Below, piece after piece: positions 1 through 18,000 of a stretch of 64,000 nt of DNA. Every line of letters begins with the position of its first letter. The first letter of the stretch is position 1. The position numbers were made by a program, and so were the translations under genes. Under the pieces are notes generated by a model, which did no database searches, was not told the origin of the DNA, and was given only the letters and a program-made list of their open reading frames with translations. Source of the DNA: Eledone cirrhosa (Eukaryota); NCBI GenBank assembly GCA_964016885.1, contig OZ024744.1:6324001-6388000 (forward strand). Direction: 5' to 3'.

Positions 1-3000
1 TCAACTCCAATAAAAACGCCAATAACAACACCAACAACAACAATTAAAACAATAACAACAGCAATAACAACCGCAATAATAACATCAATAACACGAATAA
101 AAACACAAATAACAGCACAAATAACAACACCAATAAGAACACTAAGAACAACACCAATAACAACACCAATAACAACACCAATAAAAACAGCAATAACAAC
201 ACCAACAACAGCATTAATAACAACAATAACAACCACAACAATAACAACAACAACAATAACAACACCAATAACACCATCAATAACAAAACCAACAACAACA
301 ATAACAACAACAATAACACCAATTACAACACCAATAACAACATCAATAACACCAATAACAACGCCAATAACAACATCAATAACACCAATAACAACGCCAA
401 TAACAACACCAATAACAACATCAATAACAAAATCAATAACAACAATAACAACAACAATAACAACGGCAATATCAACAGCGAAAACAAAACCAATAACAAC
501 ATCAATAACAACACCAATAACGACATCAATAACAGCACCAATAACAACAAGATTAACAACATCAATATACATCAATAACACCAATACCAACATCGATAAC
601 ACAAATAATATCAATAACAACACCAATAACAACATCAATAACACCAATAATATCAATAACAACACCAATAACAACACCAATAACAACACCAATAACAACA
701 CCAATAAAACCAATAACATCATCAATAACACCAATAACAACACCAATAACAACACAAATAAAAACACCAATAACACCAATAACACGAATAACAACACGAA
801 TAACAACACCAATAACAACACCAATAACAACACCAATAACAACAACTATAACAACAACAATAACAACAACAATAACGACAACAATAACAAAACCAATAAC
901 AACATCAATAACTCAAGTAACAACAGCAATAACAAAGCTAATAAAAACAATAACAACAACAATAGCAACAGCAATAACAACACCAAAAAAAACCTATAAC
1001 ATCATCAATAACAACACCAATGACAACAACACTAACAACATCATTAACAACACCAATAACAACACAAATAACAACACCAATAACAACAACAATAACACCA
1101 ATAACAACACCAATTACAACATCAATAACCACATCATTAACAACAATAACAACATCAATAATAACATCAATAACACCAATAATAACACCAATAACAACAT
1201 CAATAACAACACCAATAAGAACACCAATAACAACAACAATAAAAAGAAAAATAACAACATCAATAACAACACCAATAACAACAACAATAACAACATCAAT
1301 AACAAAACCAATAACATCATCAATAACAACGGCAATATCAACTCCAATAAAGAGATCAAGAACAACACCAACAACAACAATTAAAACAACAATAACAACA
1401 TCAATAATAACATCAATAACACAAATAACAACACCAATAACAACATCAATAACACCAATAACGCCAATAACAACACCAATAAGAACAATACGAACAACAA
1501 CAATAACAACAACAATAACAACAACAATAAAAACATCAATAACAACACCAAAACAATACCAATAACAACACCAATAACAACATCAATAACACCAATAACG
1601 CCAATAACAACACCAATAAGAACACTAAGAACAACAACAATAACAACAAAAATAACAACTACAATACAATCATCAATAACAACACCAATAAAAACACAAA
1701 TAACAACATCAATAACACCAATAACAACACCAATAGCAACAGCAATAACAACATCAATAACAACAACAATAACAACATCAATAAAAACAACAATATCAAC
1801 AGCAATAAGAACACCAATGACAACATAAATAACAGCAATAACAACATCAAAAACAACAACAATAACAACACAAATAACCACAGCAATAACAACGCCAATA
1901 ACAACAACAATAAGAACATCAATAACAACACAAATAAAAACACACATAACAACATCATTAACACCAATAACAACAAAATAACGCCAATAACAACATCAAT
2001 AACATCAAAAACAACAACAATAACATCAATAACAACAACAATAACAACACCAATAAAAACATCAATAACAAAACCAATAATAAGAATAACAACAACAATA
2101 ACAACAGCAATAACAACACCGAAAACAAAATCAATAACAACATCAATAACAACACCAATAACAACATCAATAACAACACCAAAACAACAAGACGATAAAC
2201 ATCAATAAACATCAATAACACCAATAACAACATCAATAACACCAATAATATCAATAACAACACCAATAACAACATCAATAACACCAATAATATCAATAAC
2301 AACACCAATAACAACACCAACAACACCAATAACAACATCAATAACACCAATAACAACACAAATAACAACACAAATAACAACACCAATAACAACACCAATA
2401 ACAACAACTATAACAACAACAATAACAACATCAATAACAACACCAATAACAACATCAATAACAACACCAATAACAACAAGACTAACAACATCAATAAACA
2501 TCAATAACACCAATAACAACATCAATAACACCAATAATATCAATAACAACACCAATAACAACATCAATAACACCAATAATATCAATAACAACACCAATAA
2601 CAACACCAATAACAACACCAATAACAACAACTATAACAACAACAATAACAACAACAATAACAACAACAATAACAACAACAATAACAAAACCAATAACAAC
2701 ATCAATAACAACACCAATAACAACAACAATAACAACATCAATAACAACACCAATAACATCATCAATAACAACGGCAATATCAACTCCAATAAAGAGATCA
2801 AGAACAACACCAACTACAACAATTAAAACAACAATAACAACAGCAATAATAACCGCAATAATAACATCAATAACACGAATAACAACACAAATAACAACAC
2901 CAATAACAACATCAATAACACCAATAACACCAATAACAACACCAATAAGAACACTAAGAACAACAACAATAACAACAACAATAACAACAACAATAACAAC

Positions 3001-6000
3001 ATCAATACCAATAACAACACCAATAACAACAACAATAACACCAATAACATCAATTAACAACAAAAATAACAAATACAATAAAAACATCAATAACAACACC
3101 AATAAAAACACAAATAACAACATCAATAACACCAATAACAACACCAATAGCAACAGCAATAACAACATCAATAACAACATCAATAACAACACCAATAACA
3201 ACATCAATAACAACACCAAAACAACAAGACGATAAACATCAATAAACATCAATAACACCAATAACAACATCACTAACACCAATAATATCAATAACAACAC
3301 CAATAACAACACCAATAACACCAATAATATCAATAACAACACCAACAACACCAATAACAACATCAATAACACCAATAACAACACAAATAACAACACAAAT
3401 AACAACACCAATAACAACACCAATAACAACAACTATAACAACACCAATAACATCATCAATAACAACGGCAATATCAACTCCAATAAAAAGATCAAGAACA
3501 TCACCAACAACAACAATTAAAACAACAATAACAACAGCAATAATAACCGCAATAATAACATCAATAACACGAATAACAACACAAATAACAACACCAATAA
3601 CAACATCAATAACACCAATAACACCAATAAGAACACTAAGAACAACAGCAATAACAACCGCAATAATAACATCAATAACACGAATAACAACACAAATAAC
3701 AACACCAATAACAACATCAATAACACCAATAACAACACCTATAAGAATACTAAGAACAACAACAATAACAACAACAATAACAACAACAATAACAACATCA
3801 ACAACACCAAAACAATACCAATAACAACACCAATAACAACAATAATAAGCCCAATAACATCAATTAAAAACAACAATAACAACTACAATAAAATCTTCAA
3901 TAACAGCACCAATAAAAACACAAATAACAACATCAATAACACCGATAACAACAACAATAATAACATCAATAACACCAATAACAACACCAATAGCAACAGT
4001 AATAACAACAGCAATAACAACATCAATAACAACAACAATAACAACATCAATAAAAACAACAATAACAACATCAATAACAACACCAATAACACCAATAACA
4101 ACATCAATAACACCAATAACAACACAAATAAAAACATCAATAACACCAATAACACCAATAACAACACCAATAACAACAACAATAACAACAGTAATAACAC
4201 CAATAACAGCACGAATAACAACACCAATAGCATCAATAACAACAACAATAACAACAGTAATAACACCAATAACAGGACGAATAACAACACCAATAGCATC
4301 AATAACAACATCAATAACACCAATAACAAAACTAATAAAAACAATAACAACAACAATAACAACAGCAATAACAACACCAAAAACAAAACCTATAACATCA
4401 TCAATAACAACACCAATGACACCAACACTAACAACATCAATAACAACACCAATAACAACACAAATAACAACACCAATAACAACAACAATAACACCAATAA
4501 CAACACCAATTACAACATCAATAACAACATCATTAACAACAATAACAACATCAATAACAACATCAATAACACCAATAACAACACCAATAAAAACATCAAT
4601 AACAACACCAATAAGAACACCAATAACAACAACAATAACGAGAAAAATAACAACATCAATAACAACATCATTAACAACACCAATAACAACAACAATAACA
4701 ACATCAATAACAACACCAAAACAATACCAATAACAACACCAATAACAACAACAATAACACCAATAACATCAATTAACAACAACAATAACAACTACAATAA
4801 AAACACAAATAACAACATCAATAACACCAATAACAACAACAATAACAACATCAATAACACCAATAACAACAACAATAGCAACAGCAATAACAACAGCAAT
4901 AACAACATCAATAAAAAGAACAATAACAACCGCAATAAGAACACCAATAACAACATCAATAACAACAATAACAACATCAAAAACAACAACAATAACAACA
5001 CAAATAACCCCATCAATAACAACACCAATAACAACAACAATAAGAACATCAATAACAACACAAATAAAAACACACATAACAACATCAATAACAACACCAA
5101 AACAACAATACGATAAACATCAATAAACATCAATAACAGCAATAACAACACCAATAACAACATCAATAACACCAATAACACCAATAAGAACACTAAGAAT
5201 AACAGCAATAACAACCGCAATTATAACATCAATAACACGAATAACAACGCCAATAACAACACCAATAAGAACACTAAGAACAACAACAATAACAACAACA
5301 ATAACAACGACAATAACAACATCAACACCAACACCAAAACAATACCAATAACAACACCAATAACAACAACAATAACCCCAATAACATCAATTAACAACAA
5401 CAATAACAACTACAATAAAAACCTCAATAACAACACCAATAAAAACACAAATAACAACATCCATAACACCGATAACAACAACAATAACAACATCAATAAC
5501 ACCAATAACAACACCAATAGCAACAGTAATAACAACAGCAATAACAACATCAATAACAACAACAATAACAACATCAATAAAAACAACAATAACAACAGCA
5601 ATAACAACACCAATAACAACATCAATAACACCAATAACAACACAAATAAAAACATCAATAACACCAATAACACCAATAACAACACCAATAACAACACCAA
5701 TAACAACAACAATAACAACAACAATAACAACAACAATAACAACATCAAAAACAACAACAATAACAACACAAATAACCCCATCAATAATAACACCAATAAC
5801 AACAACAATAAGAACATCAATAACAACACAAATAAAAACAAACATAACAACATCAATAACACCAATAACAACACCAATAACAACAAAATAACACCAATAA
5901 CAACATCAATAACATTAAAAACAACATCAATAACACAACCAATAAAAACAATAACAACAACAATAACAACAGCAATAACAACACCGAAAACAAAACCAAT

Positions 6001-9000
6001 AACAACATCAATAACAACACCAATAACAACATCAATAACAACACCAAAAACAACAAGACTACCAACATCAATAAACATCAATAACACCAATAACAACATC
6101 AATAACACCAACAACAACATCAATAACAACAAAATAACACCAATAACAACATCAATAACATTAAAAACAACATCAATAACATCAATGACAACAACAATAA
6201 CAACACCGAAAACAAAACCAATAACAACATCAATAACAACACCAATAACAACATCAATAACAACACCAAAAACAACAAGACTACCAACATCAATAAACAT
6301 CAATAACACCAATAACAACATCAATAACACCAATATATTAATAACAACACCAATAACAACATCAATAACACCAATAATATCAATAACAACACCAATAACA
6401 ACAGCAATAACAACTCCAATAACAAGACCAATAACACCAATAACAGCATCAATAACACCAATAACAACAGAAATAATAACACCAATAACAACACAAACAA
6501 AAACATCAATAATACCAATAACACGAATAACAACTGCAATAACAACACCAATAACAACACCAATAACAACACCAATAACAACAACTATAACAACAACAAT
6601 AACAACAACAATAACAACAACAATAACAAAACCAATAACAACATCAATAACACCAGTAACAACAGCAATAACAACAGCAATAACAACAGCAATAACAACA
6701 GCAATAACACCAATAATAGCACCAATAACAACACCAATAGCACCAATAACAACATCAATAACACCAATAACAAAACTAATAACAACAATAACAACAGCAA
6801 TAACAACAGCAAAAACAACACCAATAACATCATCAATAACAACACCAATAACAACAACACTAACAACATCAATAACAACACCAATAACAACCCCAATAAC
6901 AACAGCAATAAAAACATGAATAACAACAACAATAAAAACAGCAATAACAACACCAACAACAGCATTAATAACAACAATAACAACCACAACAATAACAACA
7001 ACAATAACAACATCAATAACAACACCAAAACAATACCAATAACAACACCAATAACAACAACAATAACACAAATAACATCAATTAACTACAACAATAACAA
7101 CAACAATAAAAACATCAATAACAACACCAATAAAAACACAAATAACAACATCAATAACACCAATAACAACAACAATAACAACATCAATAACACCAATAAC
7201 AACACCAATAGCAACAGCTATAACAACAGCAATAATAACATCAATAACAACAACAATAACAACATCAAGAAAAACAACAATAACAATAGCAATAACAACA
7301 CCACTAACAACATAAATAACAACAATAACCACAACAATAACAACAACAATAACAACATGAATAACAACACCAATGACACCAATAACAACATCAATAACAA
7401 CACCAGTAACAATACAAATAACAACACCAATAACAACAACAATAACTCCAATAACATCAATGAGAACAATAATAACAACACAAATAACCATATCAATAAC
7501 AACAACAATAACAACATCAATAACAACACCAAAACAATACCAATAACAACACCAATAACAACAACAATAATACCAATAACATCAATTAACAACAACAATA
7601 ACAACAACATTAAGAACATCAATAACAACACAAATAAAAACAGACATAACAACATCAATAACACCAATAACAACACCAATAACAACAAAATAACACCAAT
7701 AACAACATCAATAACATCAAAAACAACATCAATAACATCGATAACAACAACAATAACAACACCAATAACAACATCAATAAGAACAACAATAATAACAATA
7801 ATAACAACAATAACAACAACAATAACAACACCAATAACAACATCAATAACAGACCAATAACAACATTAAAAACATCAATAACACCAATTACAGCACCAAT
7901 ATAACATCAATAACACCAATAACAACGCCAGTAACAACACCAATAACAACACCAATAACGAAATCAATAACAACAATAACAACATCAATAACACCAATAA
8001 CAACACCAATAACAACAACAATAACAACACCAATAAACACAACACTAAACAACATCAATAACAACACCAATAACAACAGCAATAACAACACAAATAAAAC
8101 ACACATAACAACATCAATAACACCAAAAACAACACCAATAACAAGAAAATAGCACAAATAACAACATCAATAACATCAATACCATCAATAACAGCAACAA
8201 TAACAACACCAATAACAACATCAAAAAATCAACAATAATAACAACAATAACAACAACAATAACAACAACAATAACAACACCAATAACAACAATAACAACA
8301 ACAATAACAACAATTACAACAACAATAACCACAACAATAACAACAGCAATAACAACACCGAAAACAAAACCAATAACAACATCAATAACAACACCAATAA
8401 CAACATCAATAATACCAATAACACCAATAACCACAACAATAACATCATCAATAACAACATCAATAACAACACCAATAACAACATCAATAACACCAATAAT
8501 ATCAATAATAACACCAATAACAACACCAATAACAACACCAATAACAACACCAATAACAACACCAATAACACCAATAACAACATCAATAACACCAATAACA
8601 ACACCAATAACAAAACAAAAAAAAACATCAATAACACCAATAACACGAATAACAACACCAATAACAACACCAATAACAACACCAATAACAAAACCAATAA
8701 CAACATCAATAACACCAATAACAACATCAATAATACCAATAACACCAATAACCACAACAATAACAACGTCAATAACAACACCAATAACAACATCAATAAC
8801 AACACCAATAAAAACAAGACTAACACCATCAATAAACATCATTAACACCAATAACAACATCAATAACACCAATAATATCAATAATAACACCAATAACAAC
8901 ATCAATAACACCAATAATATCAATAACAACACCAATAACAACACCAATAACAACACCAATAACAACACCAATAACACCAATAACAACATCAATAACACCA

Positions 9001-12000
9001 ATAACAACACCAATAACAAAACAAATAAAAACATCAATAACACCAATAACACGAATAACAACACCAGTAACAACAGCAATAACAACAGCAATAACAACAG
9101 TAATAACACCAATAACAGCACTAATAACAACACCAATAGCACCAATAACAACACCAACAACGCCAATAAAAAAACTAATAAAAACAATAACAACAACAAT
9201 AACAACAGCAATAACAACACCAAAAACAACACCTATATCATCATCAAGAACAACACCAATAACAACAAGACTAACAACATCAAAAACAACAACAATAACA
9301 AGACAAATAACAACACCAATAACAACAACAATAACACCAATAACAACACTAATTACAACATCAATAACAACAATAACACCAATAACAACACCAATAACAA
9401 CACCAATAAGAACACCAATAAGAACACCAATAACAACAACAATAACAACATCAATAACAACACCAATAACATCATCAATAACAACGGCAATATCAACTCC
9501 AATAAAAAGATCAATAACAACACCAACAACAACAATTAAAACAACAATAACAACAGCAATAATAAACGCAATAACAACATCCATAACACGAATAACAGCA
9601 GAAATAACAACACCAATAACAACATCAATAACACCAATAACACCAATAACAACACTAATAAGAACAAAGAACAACAACAATAACAACACCAATAACAACA
9701 TCAATAACAACATCAATAAGAACATAAATAACAACACCAACAACAACATTAATAACAACAATAACAACCACAACAATAACAACACCAATAACAACATCAA
9801 TAACAACACCAACACAATACCAATAACAACACCAATAACAACAACAATAACACCAATAACATCAATTAACAACAACAATAACAACTACAATAAAAACATC
9901 AATAACAACACCAATAAAAACACCAATAACAACATCAATAACACCAATAACAACAACAATAACAACACCAATAACAACACCAATAGGAACAGCAATAACA
10001 ACAGCAATAACAACATCAATAACAACAACAATAACAATATCAAAAAAAACAACAATAACAATAGCAATAACAACACCACTAACAACATAAATAACAACAA
10101 TAACCACACCAATAACAACAACAATAACAACATGAATAACAACACCAATGACACCAATAACAACATTAATAACAACACCAGTAAAAATACAACAATAACT
10201 CCAATATCATCAATAACAACAACAATAACCACACAAATAACCACATCAATAACAACACCAATAAGAACAACATTAAGAACATCAATAACCACACAAATAA
10301 AAACACACATAACAACATCAATAACACCAATAACAAAACCAATAACAACAAAATAACACCAATTACAACATCAATAACATCAAAATCAACATCAATAACA
10401 TCAATAACAACAACAATAACAACACCAATAACAACATCAATAAGAACAACAATAATAACAACAATAACAACAACAATAACAACACCAATAACAACATCAA
10501 TAACAAAACCAATAACAACAATAACAACATCAATAACACCAATTACAACACCAAGAACAACATAAATAACACCTATAACAATGCCCATAACAACCCCAAT
10601 AACAACATAAATAATAACAACAATAATCAATAACAACAAAATCAATAACAACAATAACAACAACAATAACAACAGCAAGAACAACACCGAAAACAAAACC
10701 AATAACAACATTAATAACAACACCAATAACAACATCAATAACACCAATAAGAACACCAATAAGAACACCAAAACAACAACAATAACAAGAAAAATAACAA
10801 CAGCGATTACAACATTAATAACAACACCAATAACAAGAACAATAACAATATCAATAACAACACCAATAACATCATCAATAACAACGGCAATATTAACTCC
10901 AATAAAAACATCAATAACAACACCAACAACAACAATTAAAACAACAATAACAACAGCAATAACAACCGCAATAATAATATCAATAACACCAATAACAACA
11001 ACAATAACAATATCAATATCAACAACAATCAACAAAAATAACAAAAGCAATAACAACAGCAATAACACCAATAACAACACCAATAACACCAATAACAACA
11101 TCAACAACACCAATAACAACACGAATATCAAAACCAATATCAACACAAAATAGCAACATCAATAACATAACCAATAACATCATCAATAACAACGGCAATA
11201 TCAACACCAATAACAACATCAATAACAACAACTATAACGACAACAATAACTACACCAATAACAACATCAAGAACAACAACAATAACAACACAATAACACC
11301 ATCAATAACAATAACTATAACAACAATAATATTAACAACAATAACAACAACAATAACAACACCAACAACAATAACAACAAAAATAACAACAGCAATAACA
11401 GGAATAACGACACCAATAACAACATCAATAACACCAATAACAACAACAATAACAACAACAATAACAAAGGCAATAACAGCATCAATAACAACGGCAATAA
11501 CAACACCAATAACAACATCAATAACAACACCAACAACAACAATAACAAAAGCAATAAAAACAGCAATAACAACATCAAAAACACCAATGAAAACACCAAT
11601 AACAACAACAATAACACCAATAACAACAACAATAACACCAATAACAACACCAATAACAACACCAATAGCAACATCAATAACAAAACCAATAACAACACAA
11701 ATAACAACAGTAATAACAACATCAATAACAAGATCAATAACAACACCAATAACAATACCAATAACAACATCAATAACAACAATAACAACAACAATAACAA
11801 CACCAATAACAACAGCAATAACAACAGAACAACAACGTCAATAACAACAACTATAAGAAGAAAAATAACAACTGCAATAACAACATCAATAACAACACCA
11901 ATAACCACAACAATAACAACATCAATAACAACATCAATAACAACACCAATAACAACATCAATAACAACATCAATAACAACACCAATAACAAGAATACTAA

Positions 12001-15000
12001 CAATATCAATAAAGATCAATAACACCAATAACAACATCAACAACACCAATAATATCAATAACAACACCAATAACAACATCAATAACACCAATAATATCTA
12101 TAACAACACCAATAACAACACCAATAACAATACCAATAGCAACACCAATAACACGAATAACAACACAAATAACAACACATATAACAACACAAATAAAAAC
12201 ATCAATAACACCTATAACACGAATAACAACACCAATAACAACAGCAATAACAACACCAATAACAACAACAATAACACCAATAACAACACTAATTACAACA
12301 TCAATAACATCAATAACACCAATAACAACACCAGTAACAACACCAATAAGAACACCAATAAGAACACCAATAACAACAACAATAACAACATCAATAACAA
12401 CACCAATAACATCATCAATAACAACGGCAATATCAACTCCAATAAAAAGATCAATAACAACACCAACAACAACAATTAAAACAACAATAACAACAGCAAT
12501 AATAAACGCAATAACAACATCCATAACACGAATAACAGCAGAAATAACAACACCAATAACAACATCAATAACACCAATAACACCAATAACAACACTAATA
12601 AGAACAAAGAACAACAACAATAACAACACCAATAACAACATCAATAACAACATCAATAAGAACATAAATAACAACACCAACAACAACATTAATAACAACA
12701 ATAACAACCACAACAATAACAACATCAATAACAACATCAATAACAACACCAACACAATACCAATAACAACACCAATAACAACAACAATAACACCAATAAC
12801 ATCAATTAACAACAACAATAACAACTACAATAAAAACATCAATAACAACACCAATAAAAACACCAATAACAACATCAATAACACCAATAACAACAACAAT
12901 AACAACACCAATAACAACACCAATAGGAATAGCAATAACAACAGCAATAACAACATCAATAACAACAACAATAACAATATCAATAAAAACAACAATAACA
13001 ATAGCAATAACAACACCACTAACAACATAAATAACAACAATAACCACACCAATAACAACAACAATAACAACATGAATAACAACACCAATGACACCAATAA
13101 CAGCATTAATAACAACACCAGTAAAAATACAACAATAACTCCAATATCATCAATAACAACAACAATAACCACACAAATAACCACATCAATAACAAGACCA
13201 ATAAGAACAACATTAAGAACATCAATAACCACACAAATAAAAACACACATAACAACATCAATAACACCAATAACAAAACCAATAACAACAAAATAACACC
13301 AATTACAACATCAATAACATCAAAATCAACATCTATAACATCAATAACAACAACAATAACAACACCAATAACAACATCAATAAGAACAACAATAATAACA
13401 ACAATAACAACAACAATAACAACACCAATAACAACATCAATAACAAAACCAATAACAACAATAACAACATCAATAACACCAATTACAACACCAAGAACAA
13501 CATAAATAACACCTATAACAATGCCCATAACAACCCCAATAACAACATAAATAATAACAACAATAATCAATAACAACAAAATCAATAACAACAATAACAA
13601 CAACAATAACAACAGCAAGAACAACACCGAAAACAAAACCAATAACAACATTAATAACAACACCAATAACAACATCAATAACACCAATAAGAACACCAAT
13701 AAGAACACCAAAACAACAACAATAACAAGAAAAATAACAACAGCGATTACAACATTAATAACAACACCAATAACAAGAACAATAACAATATCAATAACAA
13801 CACCAATAACATCATCAATAACAACGGCAATATTAACTCCAATAAAAACATCAATAACAACACCAACAACAACAATTAAAACAACAATAACAACAGCAAT
13901 AACAACCGCAATAATAATATCAATAACACCAATAACAACAACAATAACAATATCAATATCAACAACAATCAACAAAAATAACAAAAGCAATAACAACAGC
14001 AATAACACCAATAACAACACCAATAACACCAATAACAACATCAACAACACCAATAACAACACGAATATCAAAACCAATATCAACACAAAATAGCAACATC
14101 AATAACATAACCAATAACATCATCAATAACAACGGCAATATCAACACCAATAACAACATCAATAACAACAACTATAACGACAACAATAACTACACCAATA
14201 ACAACATCAAGAACAACAACAATAACAACACAATAACACCATCAATAACAATAACTATAACAACAATAATATTAACAACAATAACAACAACAATAACAAC
14301 ACCAACAACAATAACAACAAAAATAACAACAGCAATAACAGGAATAACGACACCAATAACAACATCAATAACACCAATAACAACAACAATAACAACAACA
14401 ATAACAAAGGCAATAACAGCATCAATAACAACGGCAATAACAACACCAATAACAACATCAATAACAACACCAACAACAACAATAACAAAAGCAATAAAAA
14501 CAGCAATAACAACATCAAAAACACCAATGAAAACACCAATAACAACAACAATAACACCAATAACATCAACAATAACACCAATAACAACACCAATAACAAC
14601 ACCAATAGCAACATCAATAACAAAACCAATAACAATACAAATAACAACAGTAATAACAACATCAATAACAAGATCAATAACAACACCAATAACAATACCA
14701 ATAACAACATCAATAACAACAATAACAACAACAATAACAACACCAATAACAACAGCAATAACAACAGAACAACAACGTCAATAACAACAACTATAAGAAG
14801 AAAAATAACAACTGCAATAACAACATCAATAACAACACCAATAACCACAACAATAACAACATCAATAACAACATCAATAACAACACCAATAACAACATCA
14901 ATAACAACATCAATAACAACACCAATAACAAGAATACTAACAATATCAATAAAGATCAATAACACCAATAACAACATCAACAACACCAATAATATCAATA

Positions 15001-18000
15001 ACAACACCAATAACAACATCAATAACACCAATAATATCTATAACAACACCAATAACAACACCAATAACAATACCAATAGCAACACCAATAACACGAATAA
15101 CAACACAAATAACAACACATATAACAACACAAATAAAAACATCAATAACACCTATAACACGAATAACAACACCAATAACAACAGCAATAACAACACCAAT
15201 AACAACAACAATAACACCAATAACAACATCAATAACAGGAATGACTACACCAATAACAACACCAATAACAACATCAAGAACAACACCAATAACACCATCA
15301 ATAAAAACAACTATAACAACATTAATAACAACAATAACAACACCAACAACAATAACAACAAAAATAACAACAGCAATAACAACAGCAATAACAATATCAA
15401 TAACAACACCAATAACAACATTAATAACAACAACAACAACAACAATAACAACAACAATAACAATACCAATAACATCAATAACACCAATAACAACACCAAT
15501 ACGAACGTCAATAACAAAGATAATAACAAGACCAATATCAACAACAATAACAACACCAAAAACAACATCAATAACAACACCAATAACATACCAATAGCAA
15601 CACCAACACAACAATAACAAAAGCAATAACCACATCAATAACACCAATAATAACAACAATAACAACATCAATAACAACAACAATAACAACGGCAATAAGA
15701 AAAGCAATAACAACAGCAATAACAACACCAATAACAACACAAATAACAACACAAATAACACCAATAACAACACGAATATCAACACCAACATTAACACCAA
15801 TAGCAACATCAATAACAAGACCAATAACAACATCAATAACAACAACAACAATAAGAACAACAATAACAACAGCAATAACAACAGCAATAACAACAGCAAT
15901 AATAACATCAATAACAACACCAATAACATCAACAATAACATCATCAATAACAACGGCAATAACAACACCAATTATAGCATGAATAACAACACCAACAAAA
16001 ACAGTAACAACAGCAATAACAACACCAAAAACAACATCAATAACAACACCAATACCAACATAAATAACAACATCAATAAGAACAACTATAACAACAACAA
16101 TAACAACACAAATAACAACAACAATAACAACACAATAACACCATCAATAACAATAACTATAACAACAATAATATCAACAACAATAACAACAACAATAACA
16201 ACACCAACAACAATAACAACAAAATTAACAACAGCAATAACAGCAATAACAACACCAATAACAACATCAATAGCACCAATAACAACAACAATAACAACAA
16301 CAATAACAACAATAATAACAACACCTATAACAACATCAATAACAACACCAACAACAATAAAAACAAAAATAACAACATCAATAACAACATCAATAACAAC
16401 ACCAATAACAACACCAATAACAACATCAATAACACCAATAACAACACCAATAGCAACACCAATAAAAACACCAATAACAACACCAATAACAACATCAATA
16501 ACAATACCAACAACAAGAATAACAACAGCAATAGCAACATCAATAACAAAAGCAATAACAACACCAATAAAAAACACCAATAACAACAGTAATAACAACA
16601 TGAATAACAACATCAATAACAACATCAATAACAACAACAACAATAACAAAAACAATAACAACAGTAATAACAACAGCAATAACAACATCAATAACACCAA
16701 TAACAACAAAAAACACAACACCAATAACACAAATAACAACACCAATAACAACACCAATATCAACATCAATAACATCAATAACACCAATATTAACACCAAT
16801 AAAAACACCAATAACAACATCAATAACACCAATAACACCAATATTAACACCAATAACAACACCACTAACAACATCAATAACAACATCAATAACAACATCA
16901 ATAACAACACCAATAACAACAACAATAATAACATCAATAATGCCAATAACAACACCAATAACAACACCAATAACACCAATAACACAAATAAGAACACCAA
17001 TAACAACACCAATAACAACAGCTATAACAACAACAATAATAACAACAATAACAACAACAATAACGAACATCAATAATAACACCAATAACAACACCAATAA
17101 CAACACCAATAACAACAACTATAACAACAATAACAACAACAATACCAACAACAAAAATAACAACAATAACAACGGCAATAACAACAACAATAACAACACC
17201 AACATCAACACCAATAACAACAACAATAACAACACCAATAACAACCTCAATAACAACAATAATAACAAATCAATAGTAACACCAATAACAACAACAATAA
17301 CAACATCAATATCAACAACAATCACAACAGCAATAAAACCAATAACAACACCAATAACACCAATAACAACATCAACAACACCAATAACAACACGAATATC
17401 AAAACCAATATCAACACAAAATAGCAACATCAATAACATAACGAATAACAACAGTAATAACAACATCAATAGCACCATCAATAACAACACCAACAATAAC
17501 ATCAATAAAAATACCAACAACAACAATAACAACAACAATAAGAACATCAATAACAACACCAATAACAACACCAATAACAACATCAATAACAACAACTATA
17601 ACAACAACAATAACAACAACAATAACAACACCAATAACAACATCAATAACAACATCAATAACAACAACTATAACAACAACAATAACAACAACAATAAAAA
17701 CACCAATAACAACACCAATAACAACATCAATAGCAACAACTATAACAACAACAATAACAACAACAATAACAACACCAATTACAACATCAATAACACCAAT
17801 AAGATCATCAATAACAGCAATAACTACACCAATAACAACACCAATAACAACACCGACAACAACAACAAATAACAACACAAAAACACCATCAATAACAACA
17901 ACTATAACAACAATAATACAACAACAATAACAACAATAACAACAACAATAAGAACACCTATAACAACATCAATAACAACACCAACAACAATAACAACAAA

